Part shown: in pieces, positions 38,642 through 52,274 of the stretch
Layout of the letters: the number at the start of each line of letters is the position of its first letter
Numbering within the stretch: the stretch's first letter is position 1
Source: Octopus vulgaris
Taxonomy: Eukaryota
NCBI GenBank assembly: GCA_951406725.2
Contig: OX597830.1
Coordinates: 53,134,001 to 53,198,000 of the forward strand
Reading direction: 5' to 3'
Length of the DNA stretch: 64,000 nt
Notes under the pieces: generated by a model
Told to the model about the DNA's origin: nothing
Seen by the model: only the letters and a program-made list of their open reading frames with translations
Database searches by the model: none
Made by a program: the position numbers and the translations under genes

Positions 38642-40349
38642 GTATGTATGCGTGTGTGTTTGTGTGTGTGTGTGCGTGTGTGTGTACACGTCCGTATGTA
38701 AGTGTATGTTATTGAGTCAGAAATACAAGAAATCAGGTTGGATTTATCTGGTACATAGGTATGTGTGTGTGTATGTATGTATGTACCAGTGTGAGTATGT
38801 CCTGATATGTGAATGTGAGCTTATGTGGTTTTGAATTCAAACCTCTGCATGTGTGTGTGTGTGTGGGGGGAGAGTGGAGAAATAAAGTCTGTATATAAGT
38901 GTATGTGTTTACGAGTCCGACAGGGTGTTTTTGTGTGTATGTTTATATGTTATATACGTGTGTGTGCGCGTATGCATTATATATATATATAATTCGTGTA
39001 TATACATATATATGTATATATATATATAATTACGGGTTACGAAATCCATCAATATATATAGGACTTATATAGCAAAAGCTATATGTAAAAATACCCTACA
39101 CACACACACACATACATATATATTTGCCCATGCACGCACATACAAATCCTAACTACGCAATGTGGCCGCCAAAGGGGAGCGACTAGAGCCATTAACCCGA
39201 AGGAGAGAGAGAGAAAGAAGAAAAAAGTGACTACTCAGCAAACCAGCTGCTCAGTTATAATTATTGTTTCTTTTTTTTTTTTTTTTACAACAGAATAAGA
39301 AAAGAAAGCTAGAAAGATCCTGGTTGAGAGAGAGAGAAAGAGAGAGATCCATAAACATTGCCGACATATAATATATATAGATATATATCAGACACAGTGG
39401 GTGACAAGAAGAAGCAGTCGACGGACATTTCCCTATAAGCAGTCACATGACAATTCCAACCTTGTGTGACTTAAAGAAACATTTAAGTTGATCGTTGTTG
39501 CTTTAATTTCACTTTTACGAGCTCCCACCACACTTTCTCCTCAGCGGCTCGACTGCCAACAACATTCTTTGCTCACTTTCTTCCACTTCGTCCACAATTC
39601 CAACTCTTGTTTTCCGAGTTGGGTCTACCGATTTTCACTCTTCTTTCCCATCCTTTTTCCTTCTCTCTCTCTCTCCCTGGTTTTTAAAACTTCCATGCAA
39701 ATTCTTTAAACTAAGATGGTTTGATATTAAACCTGTCAAAGAAATAGATTTATTTTCCCCCGAAAGTCATTGAAAAAGACTTCTTTTACAAATTATCTGC
39801 CAATTTTTACATGCATACACACACATATATAACATACATAATATATATATAAGTATATATATTTATATATACTATGTGTATGTATTGTATTAATAATATA
39901 TAGACACCAATTTATATGTTTAGATACATATAAGCTTTGTTGAGACATGATGTCATTGGAAGAAGATTAAATATAGGTTTGTAAGAATATTTTTTTACTC
40001 GTTATATTGTTATTTGAATTTTCTTATGATTTACTACTCTTATTCCAAACGTGAAACACATTGAAATGCGATAGAATCTCTGGCAAAGATATTCTTTATA
40101 CGTTTCTTTCCAAAGATGCCATGTACTTGAACTTTTTTTTTTTAATTTCTTCAATTAACTATGGAAAAATATTTTTATTCGTGAAATTATATATCAGTGT
40201 GTTTGTCCATTGCTTTTTATCTCTTTGCTTGTTTTCTTTTCCATATTCAAATGAAAAAAAAAAATGTTTAATTTAAATTTTAAAAAAGCGTCGTAGATTT
40301 TTCTGAGAAGTCATTTTTTCTCTTTCATAACCAAAATATTTCTGCTGCC

Positions 40350-40468
40350 ATGCAGGCGGGAGGTAAGACAAATGTAAGAAGAGCAACTTGGACGTCAGTG
40401 CCGCTAGCAACGACAGTGATTAGAACAGCCCTCCCTTCCTCCCTCATAAAAAAGATGCATAGCAATAG
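40350..40468 (+). CDS. KANSL2: KANSL2 probable coding exon 1 (MQAGGKTNVRR...KKMHSNR); alternative in-frame ATG at 40455
   Basis: GCCATGC start and an open frame to an AG|GTAAGT donor, in phase 2 matching the next exon. Support comes from splice signals and frame, not strong homology. Confidence 0.65.
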
Positions 40469-40926
40469 GTAAGTAATGCAAAAATTTCTTGTCATCTTTA
40501 TTTTATTTTAACTTCTTCGTTGTAATTTAACTCCCTATTTTGTGTCTTCGTTTGGTTTCTTCATGGGGGGAAAATAATTGTGTCTTTGGTAAATGATGTC
40601 TGTATATAAAGTGACTGTGACATGATCGTTCGGCTGTTCCATCATGTTGTCAATGGCAAACATGTTGCTTCATGAAATTTCATTAAAAGAAAAAACACAA
40701 AAACTGGGGGAAACTCAGGAACCTTGTTTGGAGATGATGCCGAAAGTCCCTGCTTTTGGCCAGTCCATAAATTCCCTCTAAGGTCAACTCAACATTATTA
40801 ATTCGTAGTCAAATTATTTACCGATTTCTTATTTCGCGAACACAATTCCTGTTGACAATGCAAAGTTAGGAATTGTTTTATATTAATTAATGTTGCAATT
40901 AATTGATATAAAGGTTGATTTAACGA

Positions 40927-41275
40927 ATGTTGGCGAATACCTTCAATGGAAAAGGCATCACTTAGTATTTATAAACTTGTCTTCGTGGTATAATACTGAA
41001 CTTAAAAGAAAAAAATTATATTTGGGTTTGATTAATATAAATGTTGGCCTAATGAACCTAAACACCTTGACTTCTCCTCACTTCGCTTGTTTTATTGTCT
41101 TTATAGAAATATTAGTGAACTTAAAAATTATTAAATATTGTATTTATTTTAAATGTTGGCCTAATGTTAACACCTTGACTACCTTCTCTTCTTTTTATAG
41201 AATTATTACTGAACTTAAAAAATAATTGTGATTGATACAAAATGTTGCTCTAATGAATCTGAACACCTTGAATGG
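40927..41275. repeat. Degenerate tandem repeat of about 90-113 bp in KANSL2 intron 1
   Basis: AATGTTGGCCTAATG..AACACCTTGA near 41040, 41151 and 41241 (weaker at 40927), alternating with TGAACTTAAAA. Confidence 0.75.
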
Positions 41276-41989
41276 ACAAGGCCTTGATCTAGCTTATTAA
41301 AATCTTCATCGCTGCATATTTCCAAACTTAAAAAAAAAAAAAATTGTTTTTGAATTTTCATTTATTCAAATTGAAATAAATATATTCATGAGGTTGCCCT
41401 TTTCTTTGCTGACATAATTTTTATTTATTTCTTCAAATTCTGACAATGAAATTACAAGATCACCATTTTAACATTTCTATAGAAACTCTGAAAGGTAGTC
41501 TTCAAAAGAGATAACTAAATTCATATAAAGTTCGCTGGTCAGCATTACAGCTCTGAAATAGTTTTTACATATCTATACTGACTCTTTTTATATTTTGTAG
41601 ACATTTTAAAAATTAAACTTTTTCTTGAGCAAAATAAGCAATCGACCATTTAAGGTGCTAAGGAAGAAGTTATAAAAATTAATAATGGATTTCTCTTTTT
41701 TTGTCAAAGGTAAAAAAAAAAAAAAAAAAATCTTTCCCAATGCCTCAGTTCCTGGTCAGCAGAAATCCGTATTGATCAATGTCGATGCGAGGAAAGTCAG
41801 TTGAAAATTGCTTACTGAATTGGTGTAAACGATCTTTAAAAAATCTCCATAAGAAAACCAGTTTATTGTAAGGACGAGAGGCCATGTTTGTTAAGGAGCA
41901 AAGTCGGGAGAATTATTGATTTTAGTGGCCGAACAACGTACACCCTCCCTTAACGTTCAACTTAACAGATATTAATCCCAGCTAGCCTC

Positions 41990-42058
<69 letters not shown>

Positions 42059-43706
42059 ATGTGTATATATGTATATATATATGTAAATATAAAATATATA
42101 TTTGGCTAAACTAGTAATATCTTTGTACGTTATTTGAAACCGACGTAGTTCTTCATTTTAAGGCGTCCATTAATAATTTTCAACTATGGAAGCTCGTCTG
42201 GACAGTAAATATCGACTCCATTCATCCTCCTTGTTCTAGTTTCGTCCCCGCCATAACATCTCTCTCACAGCTTCTTGTTCACATTTACCTTTCGCTTCTC
42301 CCCCCCATCTTCTGTGAGCCAGTGTCACTTGATTAGTGTTTCGGGTTTATTGTTTTCACAACGTATCGCGAAAGTTGACTGATTATAGCTTCCACCTTTA
42401 TGCTAAACCTCGAGTTTAGCCAACAAAATCTAAAATGCGACCGATTCGCCTTTTAATACTATTTTTGTTTGATGAAAAAAGAAATCCAAATATTTCCCAC
42501 AAATTATTCTTTTTTTTTTTTTTTTCAACAGTTGTTAATTTATTTTTCGAAAATATTTTCTCGTTTTAGATTTTATAAAAAGTGAAAAATTGGATTATCT
42601 AAACTTTATAGAGCGAAATAATCAAATTTCGGTTTTATGAAAAAATTTATACCAAAGATTTCTCCATCAACTAAAGGAATCTATTCCAGTGCCTCAGTTA
42701 TATTCTCTGAATATTGATTTATGAAATTATTGCATTTACAACCCCCCCCCCCCCCGAAATGCTAGAAACAACAGCAAAATCCTCATATCACAAACCACCA
42801 TCTTAAGTGTTTCTCTTTTAATCTAAATTATTTTTGAAGATGGAATTAGTCACGGTTGGAAACACTGTTTGAACAACTCACTGGAATTTTGACATTTTTT
42901 TAGCAATTTTTTTCTTAGTTTCCGCTTGCACACATCCTCATAGACTTTACAAATAGTGAAGATGTCCATTGCTAGAAATGTCATGGGAGTGCCGAAGGTG
43001 TCGCATTGTTTCAGTGATGACTAACAGCCGACAGTAACATTGATTCTGCATTAAGGGCTGATCCCTAAGAAACTTGCCATTGCTGTTTAACCCCAGGTCA
43101 ATTTAAGCAGACTTACGATCGATCTGTCCGGGGCTTTTTCTTTTTCAGATACATTGTATTTAGGATCGCATTTACTCCCTAACTCCATCTCATCATTGAT
43201 TACACCTCCACCATTCACCCCTAATGTATATCCCAATCTCTACTTTTCCGAACCTTTCATCCAACTCATCATTGACCGTCTTCTCTCGGCCCTTGTTCAT
43301 CATTCAGTATATTTGCATCTCTTACTACATCTCACTCTCTCCATACATTTTTGCTGCCTCTACCCAGCCAACCTTCTTGTTCTATGCCCCCCACCCAACC
43401 TGGTACTTTGTCACCACCATCACTTTGTTCCTCTTTCCACCTTCATCCTGATTACTCAGCCACTCTTGTATAACGTGAGGAACCATGTAGCTCTACAGTA
43501 AGAAATTGGAATAGGTTTCTTGCTGAAGTGTTGGTCCCATTAAAAAAGCACCCAGTACACTGTAAAGTGGTTAGCATTACCAAGGTCATTTAGTTATAAA
43601 TCATGCCAGTCCACACATTGAAGTATAGTGCAGTCCTTTGACCAGTTAGATTCTGTCAAACCATCCAACCCATGCCGGCAAAGAAGACAGCTGTTACATG
43701 ACTTTA

Positions 43707-43708
<2 letters not shown>

Positions 43709-43756
<48 letters not shown>
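43709..43756. repeat. (TA)n microsatellite
   Basis: About 24 uninterrupted TA units. Others lie near 11632, 24031 and 42024. Confidence 0.95.
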
Positions 43757-43758
<2 letters not shown>

Positions 43759-45404
43759 GCAAGATAACTGTGGTGTGATATAAGGGAGATTTTGCTATTT
43801 TTAGCAAGTTGAGTGGCCAAGTATTTGGTTTGCTCATTTGTTTTCCTGAGTAATGATGCTGTCATTATTTGGATGTTTTATCTCAGGTTGTGTACAGTCT
43901 GTTTATCCAAAATCTGTCCTGATGGAGCAGGCCTAGGACCAAAGGCATTCTAGCCTTGATAATCCATTTTTTTCCTTCAGTGTTTAAGATTGCATCAGTA
44001 ATTGTGTACCTTTTTAATGCAGTATTGATCAAGTGACTGTGTAGTGTCCAGTTTTTTTTTCTGCTGTGATGTGAATGTTTCTGTTCATAGAGATGTCTAT
44101 GTCGTGCAGATGAGATCATACCATAAGGTCATTTGTCTCAATGTTGATTGTGCAGAATTAAGTGTTATAACCAAGGACTTTATCTGTGTATTATTTCAGA
44201 GGCCTAGTGTACATGGAGCTACCTTACCCAATGTACTATTTAAGCCAATAGGGCGCGCTGTAAATGAGATATAGCTATTTCCAGCAGATGAAGCATTGAT
44301 TTCTCAAATAAGTGTGGGTAGGGTGAGGATATTAGCAGCAGGTTGAAGTGAGATAATGAAGTCGTAGATACAAGGTATGTAATGACCTTGGGAGCTCTCT
44401 TCTACAACAGTCTTGGATCAGTCTCAGTCGTGTGAGCTGACTTAAATTATGTCGGTATTTGTCTGTTGAATTACCCATTCTTGGAGGTATGATTGACTCA
44501 GTCTGTTTCCCTGTGGGTGCCTTAAGTTTTGTTTCTTGCAAGACTGTTGGGTGGAAGTTATTTTCTTGAGACCTGATAAAGGTTAGTAATGTCAAACTAG
44601 ACAAGGGATTAGTTCTGCCAACCAAGAACTGGCTTGCAATATTCTAGGGTTGGGGGGTCAAACCAGAAACTTTGTAGTTGTGTGATAGACACAACCATCA
44701 CTGTCTTGTATCAAACAAACTCAGTATTGTAATGGGTTACTTCTTATTGCTGCAATCCATAAATTGTAGTGTCTTCACGCTACCAAGGATGGTGACCCTT
44801 TTGAAATGTCATTGGTACTTTAACCTTTTTGATACCTATGCACTTTAGACCAGCCTTCATTCTATAATACAATCTTCTTGTTTTAAAGTGATCTAAATTA
44901 AAACCTTTTCATTAAAATTTCTTGTTGATTTATGTTCCAAACATCAGCTTAATGACAGTTATTTTACTGAATTACTCATTATTTTCAAAATTAGTTGAAA
45001 CTGTTTTTTTAAACTGAAATATGGTAACAAAAGGATTAAGTTTTGAGTACTAAGGTATTATTTCTGTTAGCAACTAGACTGAATTAGGCAAACAGAGAAT
45101 GACAAAAACTGAGATGAAGTATGAAATCACAAACTGGATGGTTGTATTGATACAAATGAGAACAGTATTGATGGTCCAAGAGGGAAAACTTTATCAGAGC
45201 ATTTCAGTGCCAAATACGCCAATGTCAAGAGTAATAATATGGGTTTACACTAAAACTGCAGAAATTTTTTTATTGCTATACAGCACCACTTAGCATATAT
45301 GTGTGATAGCTTTGATAGTATTCATTAGGATAAAAACTTTCATTTTGTAGCTTGATTCAGTGTTCAGTAAAATCAATTTCTTGTCAACCTTTTTTTCTCT
45401 TTAG

Positions 45405-45638
45405 AATTAACCGAACCAAAAACAGTTTTCTGAAGCGTCAGACTAAAGGTCCTGTGGAAGGATTATTTTGTAACTACAGTCATCGAGTATGTATGCAAAA
45501 CCGATTGGATGGCTCCCTGTATTGCTTAAAACATATACTTGAAGACAAAAACACCCCGTTTAAGCAGTGCAGTTACGTAGCGACCAAGACTGGCAAAAGG
45601 TGTCCAAATGCAGCCCCAAAAGTTGATCGCAAAGACGA
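45405..45638 (+). CDS. KANSL2: KANSL2 exon 2 (first C3H-type zinc motifs; [33 protein letters not shown])
   Basis: Close match to the recalled human KANSL2 segment [33 protein letters not shown]. Pyrimidine tract plus TAG acceptor; GTAAGT donor. Confidence 0.95.
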
Positions 45639-48600
45639 GTAAGTACATTGTGTGTGTGTGTGTGTGTGATAAACCATTTTTTTTTTTACTTCCTCCATAT
45701 TACATGTATGTAACATGTAGACTAACTTTTCCAATCCAAACATGGAAGAAAATGGATGTAAGACAACAGTGGAGCAATTTCTAATTTCTCCATGGTTTTG
45801 TGTGTGATTCCCTGTCTATGGCTGGTGCAGAACACAAATGGCACTTTTGAAATAATTATCAACAGAAGCTAGAGTTTGTCTCATTCAAGACTTGTCTCTA
45901 ATGTAATATAGTATTTGAGCCATTGAATTTCTGTTTCTGTATAAAGAAGAATCTTAGTGGTATAAGATATAGATTGCTGGTCTGAATTGGGTAAAGTGCC
46001 TTGAATTACAAGACAAAATAGTTGACAAATCCAGTGAATTTGAATCTAAATCTTACTTGGGAAAGTGTTCCAGGTTGGATGGTGAAGAGTAATTTTCCAA
46101 CCTATAGCAATCTAAATAATGAAACATGTCAACTTGTGCCCTAAAGGCAAACTTTTCTATTTCTTATTAGCCGTTGAATGATCTCCATGAAAGGAGCTTC
46201 TGTGTGTTCACTCAACTTGCTAGAGGTAACAATAAAATATCTCTAAATTCATACTTTATTACTGAATTAAAAGAACTCTCGTTAGCTGTTTGATAACGTA
46301 AAGAATCTTTTGGTCCCTGGTAGGTGTGTTAGTTGTTTTACATGTTGCAGCTTCCTCATTCCATTTGAAATTTTAACTGTTGACCATAAGTGTTGTGTCT
46401 GGTTAAGGTAGGTCCCATGAATTGTGTAATCCTATCTCATTAAACTAGATATATTGTGTTGATATACTTCATTCTTTTTTGATAATCATGCAAGTATTCA
46501 AATATAGACTGCATGGATGTAAACCACCACTGTTACAACTGCAGTACTGCAAGCTCTAGCTCTAATGGCTGCTACATTTTTACAGCGTTTTGTTTTTAGT
46601 TTGTCATGATGACACATTTGCTTGAGCATTACTTTATCAAGTTTCTCCTGGCTACAAACATATGGGGAAGTAGTTTAGCTGTTCATCTCAGTCAGCAAAG
46701 ATGTCCCTAGTTAAGGATGTTCTTACATAAAGTCAGAGGATGGAAATCATTGCATCACCTTTTGAAAAGTGGAGTGGTTGCAGTTCTATTATATATAGAG
46801 AAGCATGTTCTTAGTGAGGCCTGTTGCAGAATAATGGTCAGTAGGAAGGAAGAATGGAGAAAACAGTTTCGCAGTCACATTGAAAACTGCGAAGGTCTTA
46901 ACAGTTTTATTTAAAACATATGGAGTCATCTCTCAAAGCATCTAGTACAGCAATATAATCCTGAGATTGTCATTTATTTCAGTGACTCCATCTTCAACAT
47001 GGTTCTCATTGCTGTTGAAAACTTATTTGGTAAAGGGAGAAAACAAATTCGCTCTGTTAGTGCTAATTCTTCAGCTCAGTTAATGGATCAAAGTGATACT
47101 AAACTACTCAATCAATGGTTAAAAAAACTTACTATCACTAATTGATGACCATATTTAAAACCAAAAAGGTGAAATATTTTTTCTTGATACACTTGTGGGT
47201 AGCAAGAAAAACATTTCTGATAAGCCTACTTCTACCTGAAGTAAGGAAGGAGGAAAATTTCTGTGTCACTCAACATCTTCAGGTGCCATTCTACTATCTG
47301 AAGGTAAAACAACTCAGTGTATTGAAACTGCTATTGAGCCTCACCATTGTTTAGGGATGTCAGGGAAATATATTCTCCTTTTGACCAAATAACAAATGTC
47401 CTGGAAGGGGACTTTCAGACACCTTTTACCTTTCCAAAGGCAACAAAAGTTGGTTAGATCAGAAGCTGCTTGAAATCATCAGATTTGTGAAAGGGTTTTA
47501 AGAAACTTAAGCTGGAAGTAAACATTGAGGTCTAATCTTAACAAAGACCAGTTTTCAGCTGGTTTGACTGGAAGACTTTTGGAATTTGGAGAAGTTATTG
47601 TTGTAATCGATTAAGACAGACATATGGCTGATCTCATCATTTGATGAACTAAAAAAAAATCTCTACCAATCTTTCATCACAACTGCCTTATTTAACTAAT
47701 GGTTCTGTAAAAGACCTAATCTTACTCCAACTAATATGGCTGCTAAGATGATGAATGAACAAATTACTCAACAGTTGTATAGAGATGATTTTTATCTTCA
47801 AGTGTTAGACATTTTAGCTCCCTTAAACTAAAGTATATGTGAATGTGTTTTTTGTCTGATACTTTGTATATTGTTAAATAATTAGGTATATTATATATGC
47901 CCAAAACTAGAGTATATATATATGTGTGAATGTATATGTGCTGTTTTTCCTGTTTGTATATTCCTAAAAAAAACACTAGGAATGTTATAGGACTCTGGGA
48001 AAACTTATTGATTAGAAAATTAATTTATAGTAATGATAAATTGCTACAATACTTGATAAATGTTTTCAAAGAAATTTTTTATTTAAATTTAAGAGTAAAA
48101 TATTCTTTTGTTATATATTTGTTTGCTTATTTCTATGAAGCTCAACTCGAACCACTTTCTTAATTGCTAGAGTGCAACAATTTCCAGTGGAATTTCAACA
48201 TTCTCAAATGGCAGATTGTCAAAATCTTTTTTGACAAATTTATAAAAAAAATATAGTGATTTGTGTGTGTTCTATGTTGTGAGCACATTTTACACTTGCT
48301 TTGGACTGTGGCCATTCTGGGGCACTGCCTTAAGAGATTTAGCTGATGAAATTAATTTCAGTAGTTACATTTGCTACTTATACTATCACTAAGTTATGAA
48401 AAGGTGAACAAACCTTAATTTTTACATACTGAACTTTCTATTATATGCTATCCCCACTTCTGCCATATATACATGTTGATTTGCAAACCTTCCTAGTTGA
48501 ATTATTGTTTACTAATTTTTTTTTTTCTTTTTCATTTGCTCACTTAAGAGAACCAAAGAAAAGAGAATCTGTTGTGAAAAGGTTGGTTAAAGATAAATTA

Positions 48601-49128
48601 TTCCATGTTGACTAAAGCTAGTTTTCTCATTTCTATATTTAACCCTTTAGCATTCACATTATTCTATCCAAAGTAATGCTTATTTATTCACACGTTTTTA
48701 ATTAATCTTGCATTATCTTTGTAGCTTTAAAATTTTGATGAGATAACTCATTTTTAGAATGATATTGCAGAGTATGTGTAAGAGGCCAGATCTGGCCAGT
48801 TTGAACATAAAACTGAATGTTTGGGCTGGATATGATTGGTTTAAATTCTAAAGAGTTACAGTTAAGTGGTTAGCATTTATGAGATAAACTAGGTGTAGGT
48901 AAATAAGTGTGCAAGACACCCTGCTTTGAAATAGATGCAATATGGACTTTGCAACAATAAAGTCCTGGGTTCAATCCCACTGTATGGCATCTTGAACAAA
49001 TATTTTCTGTAGCCTCAGGTTAACTCATACCTTGTGAGTGAATTGGGTACATGGTAACTGTACAGAAACCTGTTGAGTAGCTTGTACCTGTAACTCAAAT
49101 GTATAGTTTTGTTATACATTGTCACTAA

Positions 49129-49831
49129 TCATCATCATCGTCGTCGTTTAACGTCCATTTTCCATGCTAGCATGGGTTGGACAGTTTGACCGGGATCTGG
49201 GAAGCCAGGAGGCTGTACCAGGCTCCAGTCTGATCTGGCAGTGTTTATACAGCTGGATGCCCTTCCTAATGCCAACCACTCCGTGAGTGTAGTGGGTGCT
49301 TTTTACTTGCCACCGGCATGGAAGCCAGTCAGGGCGGCGCTGGCATAAAAAGGAAAATTCAACTGCCTGAGAATTACATTAAGCATGTACCTTTGAAATA
49401 CTCAGTCACTTAAATGCTAATTCAGTTAACAAAACAACTCAATTCTCATTTTTGAAACTGATGGTGATCCATCCATCAATCATCATCATCATCATCGTTT
49501 AACGTCCATTCTCCATGCTAGCATGGGTTGGACGGTTCGACCGGGGATCTGGGAAGCCAGAAGGCTGCACCAGGCTTCAATCTTGATCTGGCAGAGTTTC
49601 TACAGCTGGATGCCCTTCCTAACGCCAACCACTCCGTGAGTGTAGTGGGTGCTTTTTACGTGCCACCTGCACTGGTGCCAGGCGAGGCTGGCATCGGCCA
49701 CGGTCGGATTGGTGCATTTTATGTGCCACCTGCATGGAAGCCAGTCGAGGCGGCACTGGCTTCGGCCACGATTCGGATGGTGCTTGTTACGTGCCACCGA
49801 CACGGACGCCAGTCGAGGCGGCGCTGGCATA
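49129..49831 (-). mobile_element. Two tandem S3 retroposon copies in KANSL2 intron 2
   Basis: Copies at 49129-49347 and 49480-49831, each starting (CAT)n CGTTTAACGTCC and ending GGCGCTGGCATAAAA on the plus strand. Confidence 0.9.
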
Positions 49832-50249
49832 AAATGTAAAATAATGGGGCATGAATATAAAATTGTTAAGAAATAATCTTGACCTTGGACCTCAACCACA
49901 TGAACAACACTCAAAATTCCTCAAAAGCACTACAAATGATATGCTATATAACATTGTAAAATCCACATTGAAAATATTCACCTTCCACTTTAGGGCTAAA
50001 AAGAAAAAATCAATACCTTGGCCTCAAGCATACTTACATACACTCAGTCATTATCATTTTATCACATACCAGCTTTACTCATCCACTCTTATTCATGGCA
50101 TCAGAGGTGGTCATGTTGGATTGTGTTTGAGATCCTCTCACTGAAGGATGGAATAGTCAACTCATTTTTTTTGTTTGTGTACATGATCTTTTAATAATAC
50201 CTTGTTGAAAATTGTGATTATTATCGATGTGTTTTGTCTTTCAACACAG

Positions 50250-50431
50250 ATATTGCTTCTTCCATGCTCGAAGAGCTGCGTTGCTACGTCAACGCTCAAC
50301 ACGAAAATGTAAACCAAAGGAAACTCCAGAAACTCTGTTGGAAGAACTTGACCATTATGGAAGTCCAGAATGTGAGAGTGATGTTAGAAAATACCGGAAT
50401 AATAATGAAAGTCTTGCTAGCAGAATAATTG
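50250..50431 (+). CDS. KANSL2: KANSL2 exon 3 (YCFFHARRAA...ETLLEELDHY...SLASRII)
   Basis: CAG acceptor and GTAAGA donor; phases 2 and 1 fit the neighbours. Similar to KANSL2 FCAEH..ETLL..SEASRIL. Confidence 0.92.
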
Positions 50432-50983
50432 GTAAGATGTCTTTGGAATTGTTGCAGTGTAACAATGTGTCAACTCATGAATGTAATCTATTATAAACCA
50501 GAACTTCCATGCCCCTTTTACTCTGCCAAAATGTCTCAGAAAAATAACCCCAGGCCCGATATGCAAAGTTGGGCCAATATTACATGCTTTAATGCTTTAA
50601 AACATTTTTCCTTGAGTTTGTGTTCCTGAAATTGGGATGCATCTGATATACCCATGCATCTTTTATGCCATTAAATACAGTGCATTTTATGCTTAACAGA
50701 ATATTTAAAACTTGAGATTTGAACTGCTCTTTGTTTCTGAATATTAAACCTAAAGGAAGCATTTGTATTTAATGTTTCCAGACAAAACTGATGGGTTTGG
50801 TTTTTCATTTGATATTCTTTCAATGAAAATTTTAAATTCCAAATATGACCATATCTTGGAATGAAACCAAATATTCTTAAAATTGAAATCTTGTTCAAAG
50901 CTACCACACGTGCACACATATTACTGTTTTACATTCATGTATACACGCACACTCTTCATATTTTGATATTTGTTAACTTGTAG

Positions 50984-51098
50984 ATTATGCCAGCTCCAGT
51001 GATTCAGATGTAGAACCTCCTCTTGTTGACCAAGCATGGCGAGGAGAGGGTGAAAGCGATGCTGAGAGTATTGACAGTGAGCAGGATGATCCTTTGAA
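50984..51098 (+). CDS. KANSL2: KANSL2 exon 4 (DYASSSDSDVEPPLVDQAWRGEGESDAESIDSEQDDPLK)
   Basis: Read manually. Matches KANSL2 [25 protein letters not shown]; TAG acceptor and GTAAGC donor. Confidence 0.95.
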
Positions 51099-51298
51099 GT
51101 AAGCCACCTTTCTTTCTCTTTAGATTCAGCTTTGGCTTTTTTTATATTGTGTTAATCTTTGATATCCTATATTTTGTCAACAACAGCTTTGTTAGGTTTG
51201 GTTGTTCTGCAAACCAATCACTGATTCAATGACTTTCTGATGGAGAAATAGAAAAAGGAGCAGCTGTGCAACTTGGTCAATATAAATATGACAAAGTA

Positions 51299-52274
51299 TT
51301 GGGTCATCCCATAAATAATGCAGTTTTTTCCAATTGCATGAACTAAAAGTTGGAGGGGGACAATATAAATTACCTGCATCAACTTGCTATAAAAGCAGTT
51401 AGTAATTTTACCTTGCCCTTATTCTTAGTGCAAGTTTTGAAGAGTACAGTTCGATGTTATTTTTACAAGGCTATAATGGAAGTGACAAACATATTTTGCT
51501 TTATGAGTTCAATAAAGGCAACAACGCAACGGTAAGTGCGAGGAATATTAATGCAGTGTAAGCCAGTGTCACTGGTCGTTCCAGAAATTCCGAACTGGAA
51601 ACGAAGCCTAGAAAATGAGCCTTGTCCTGGAAGATCTACAGAGCTTGACGAGGACATCCTGCAAACCCTGATGGAACAGAATCCTACCATAACTGTTGAG
51701 GAACTAGCAGCGAAGCTTGGATTTGATCATTCAACCATTCATCAACACTTGCGTGCAATCGGAAATGTCAGCAAATTGAGTCAATGGGTTCCTCACAAAC
51801 TTTGAGTCTAATCGAGTGCAGAGAGCGAATGTGTGCTCTTTGCTGTCACATCCCACCAAATGAGCCTTTTTCTAGAAGAAAAACGACTATCTTTGGTTTG
51901 AAGACAAAAGGTGTTCTTCCATCAGGATAATGCTTGGTCACATACAGCGAGGATGGCATTCCAAAGGCTGAAGCAGTTTGAATGAGAAATAATGCCCCAC
52001 CCACCATATTCGCCGGATATTGCCCCATCTGATTATTATTTATTCCACAGTCTTCAGCATCATTTGGAGGGAAAAAATATAAATTCTGTAGATAAGGTCA
52101 GGGCAGTACTGGAAGAGTATTTTTTGTCACGGACAAGTGAGTTTTAGAAGTCTACCAGATAGATGGAAAAGCATTGTAGAAAATGGAGAGTATATTTTAG
52201 ATAAAAAAATGAACTTTATCTTAATTTTGAAAAATAGAAGTATAAAGAATTGCATTATTTATGGGATGACCCAA
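51299..52274 (+). mobile_element. Internally deleted mariner with perfect 24-bp TIRs in KANSL2 intron 4
   Basis: TA + TTGGGTCATCCCATAAATAATGCA ... TGCATTATTTATGGGATGACCCAA + TA. Motifs SQWVPHKL, HQDNA and HPPYSPDIAPSDYYLF; the first catalytic Asp region is missing. Confidence 0.95.

Noticed and set aside
49660-49831. Regularly spaced GTGCCACC repeats resembling a CRISPR array
   Set aside because: The whole 63-68 bp units are homologous (no unique spacers), they recur inside a dispersed retroposon, the context is eukaryotic and there are no cas genes.
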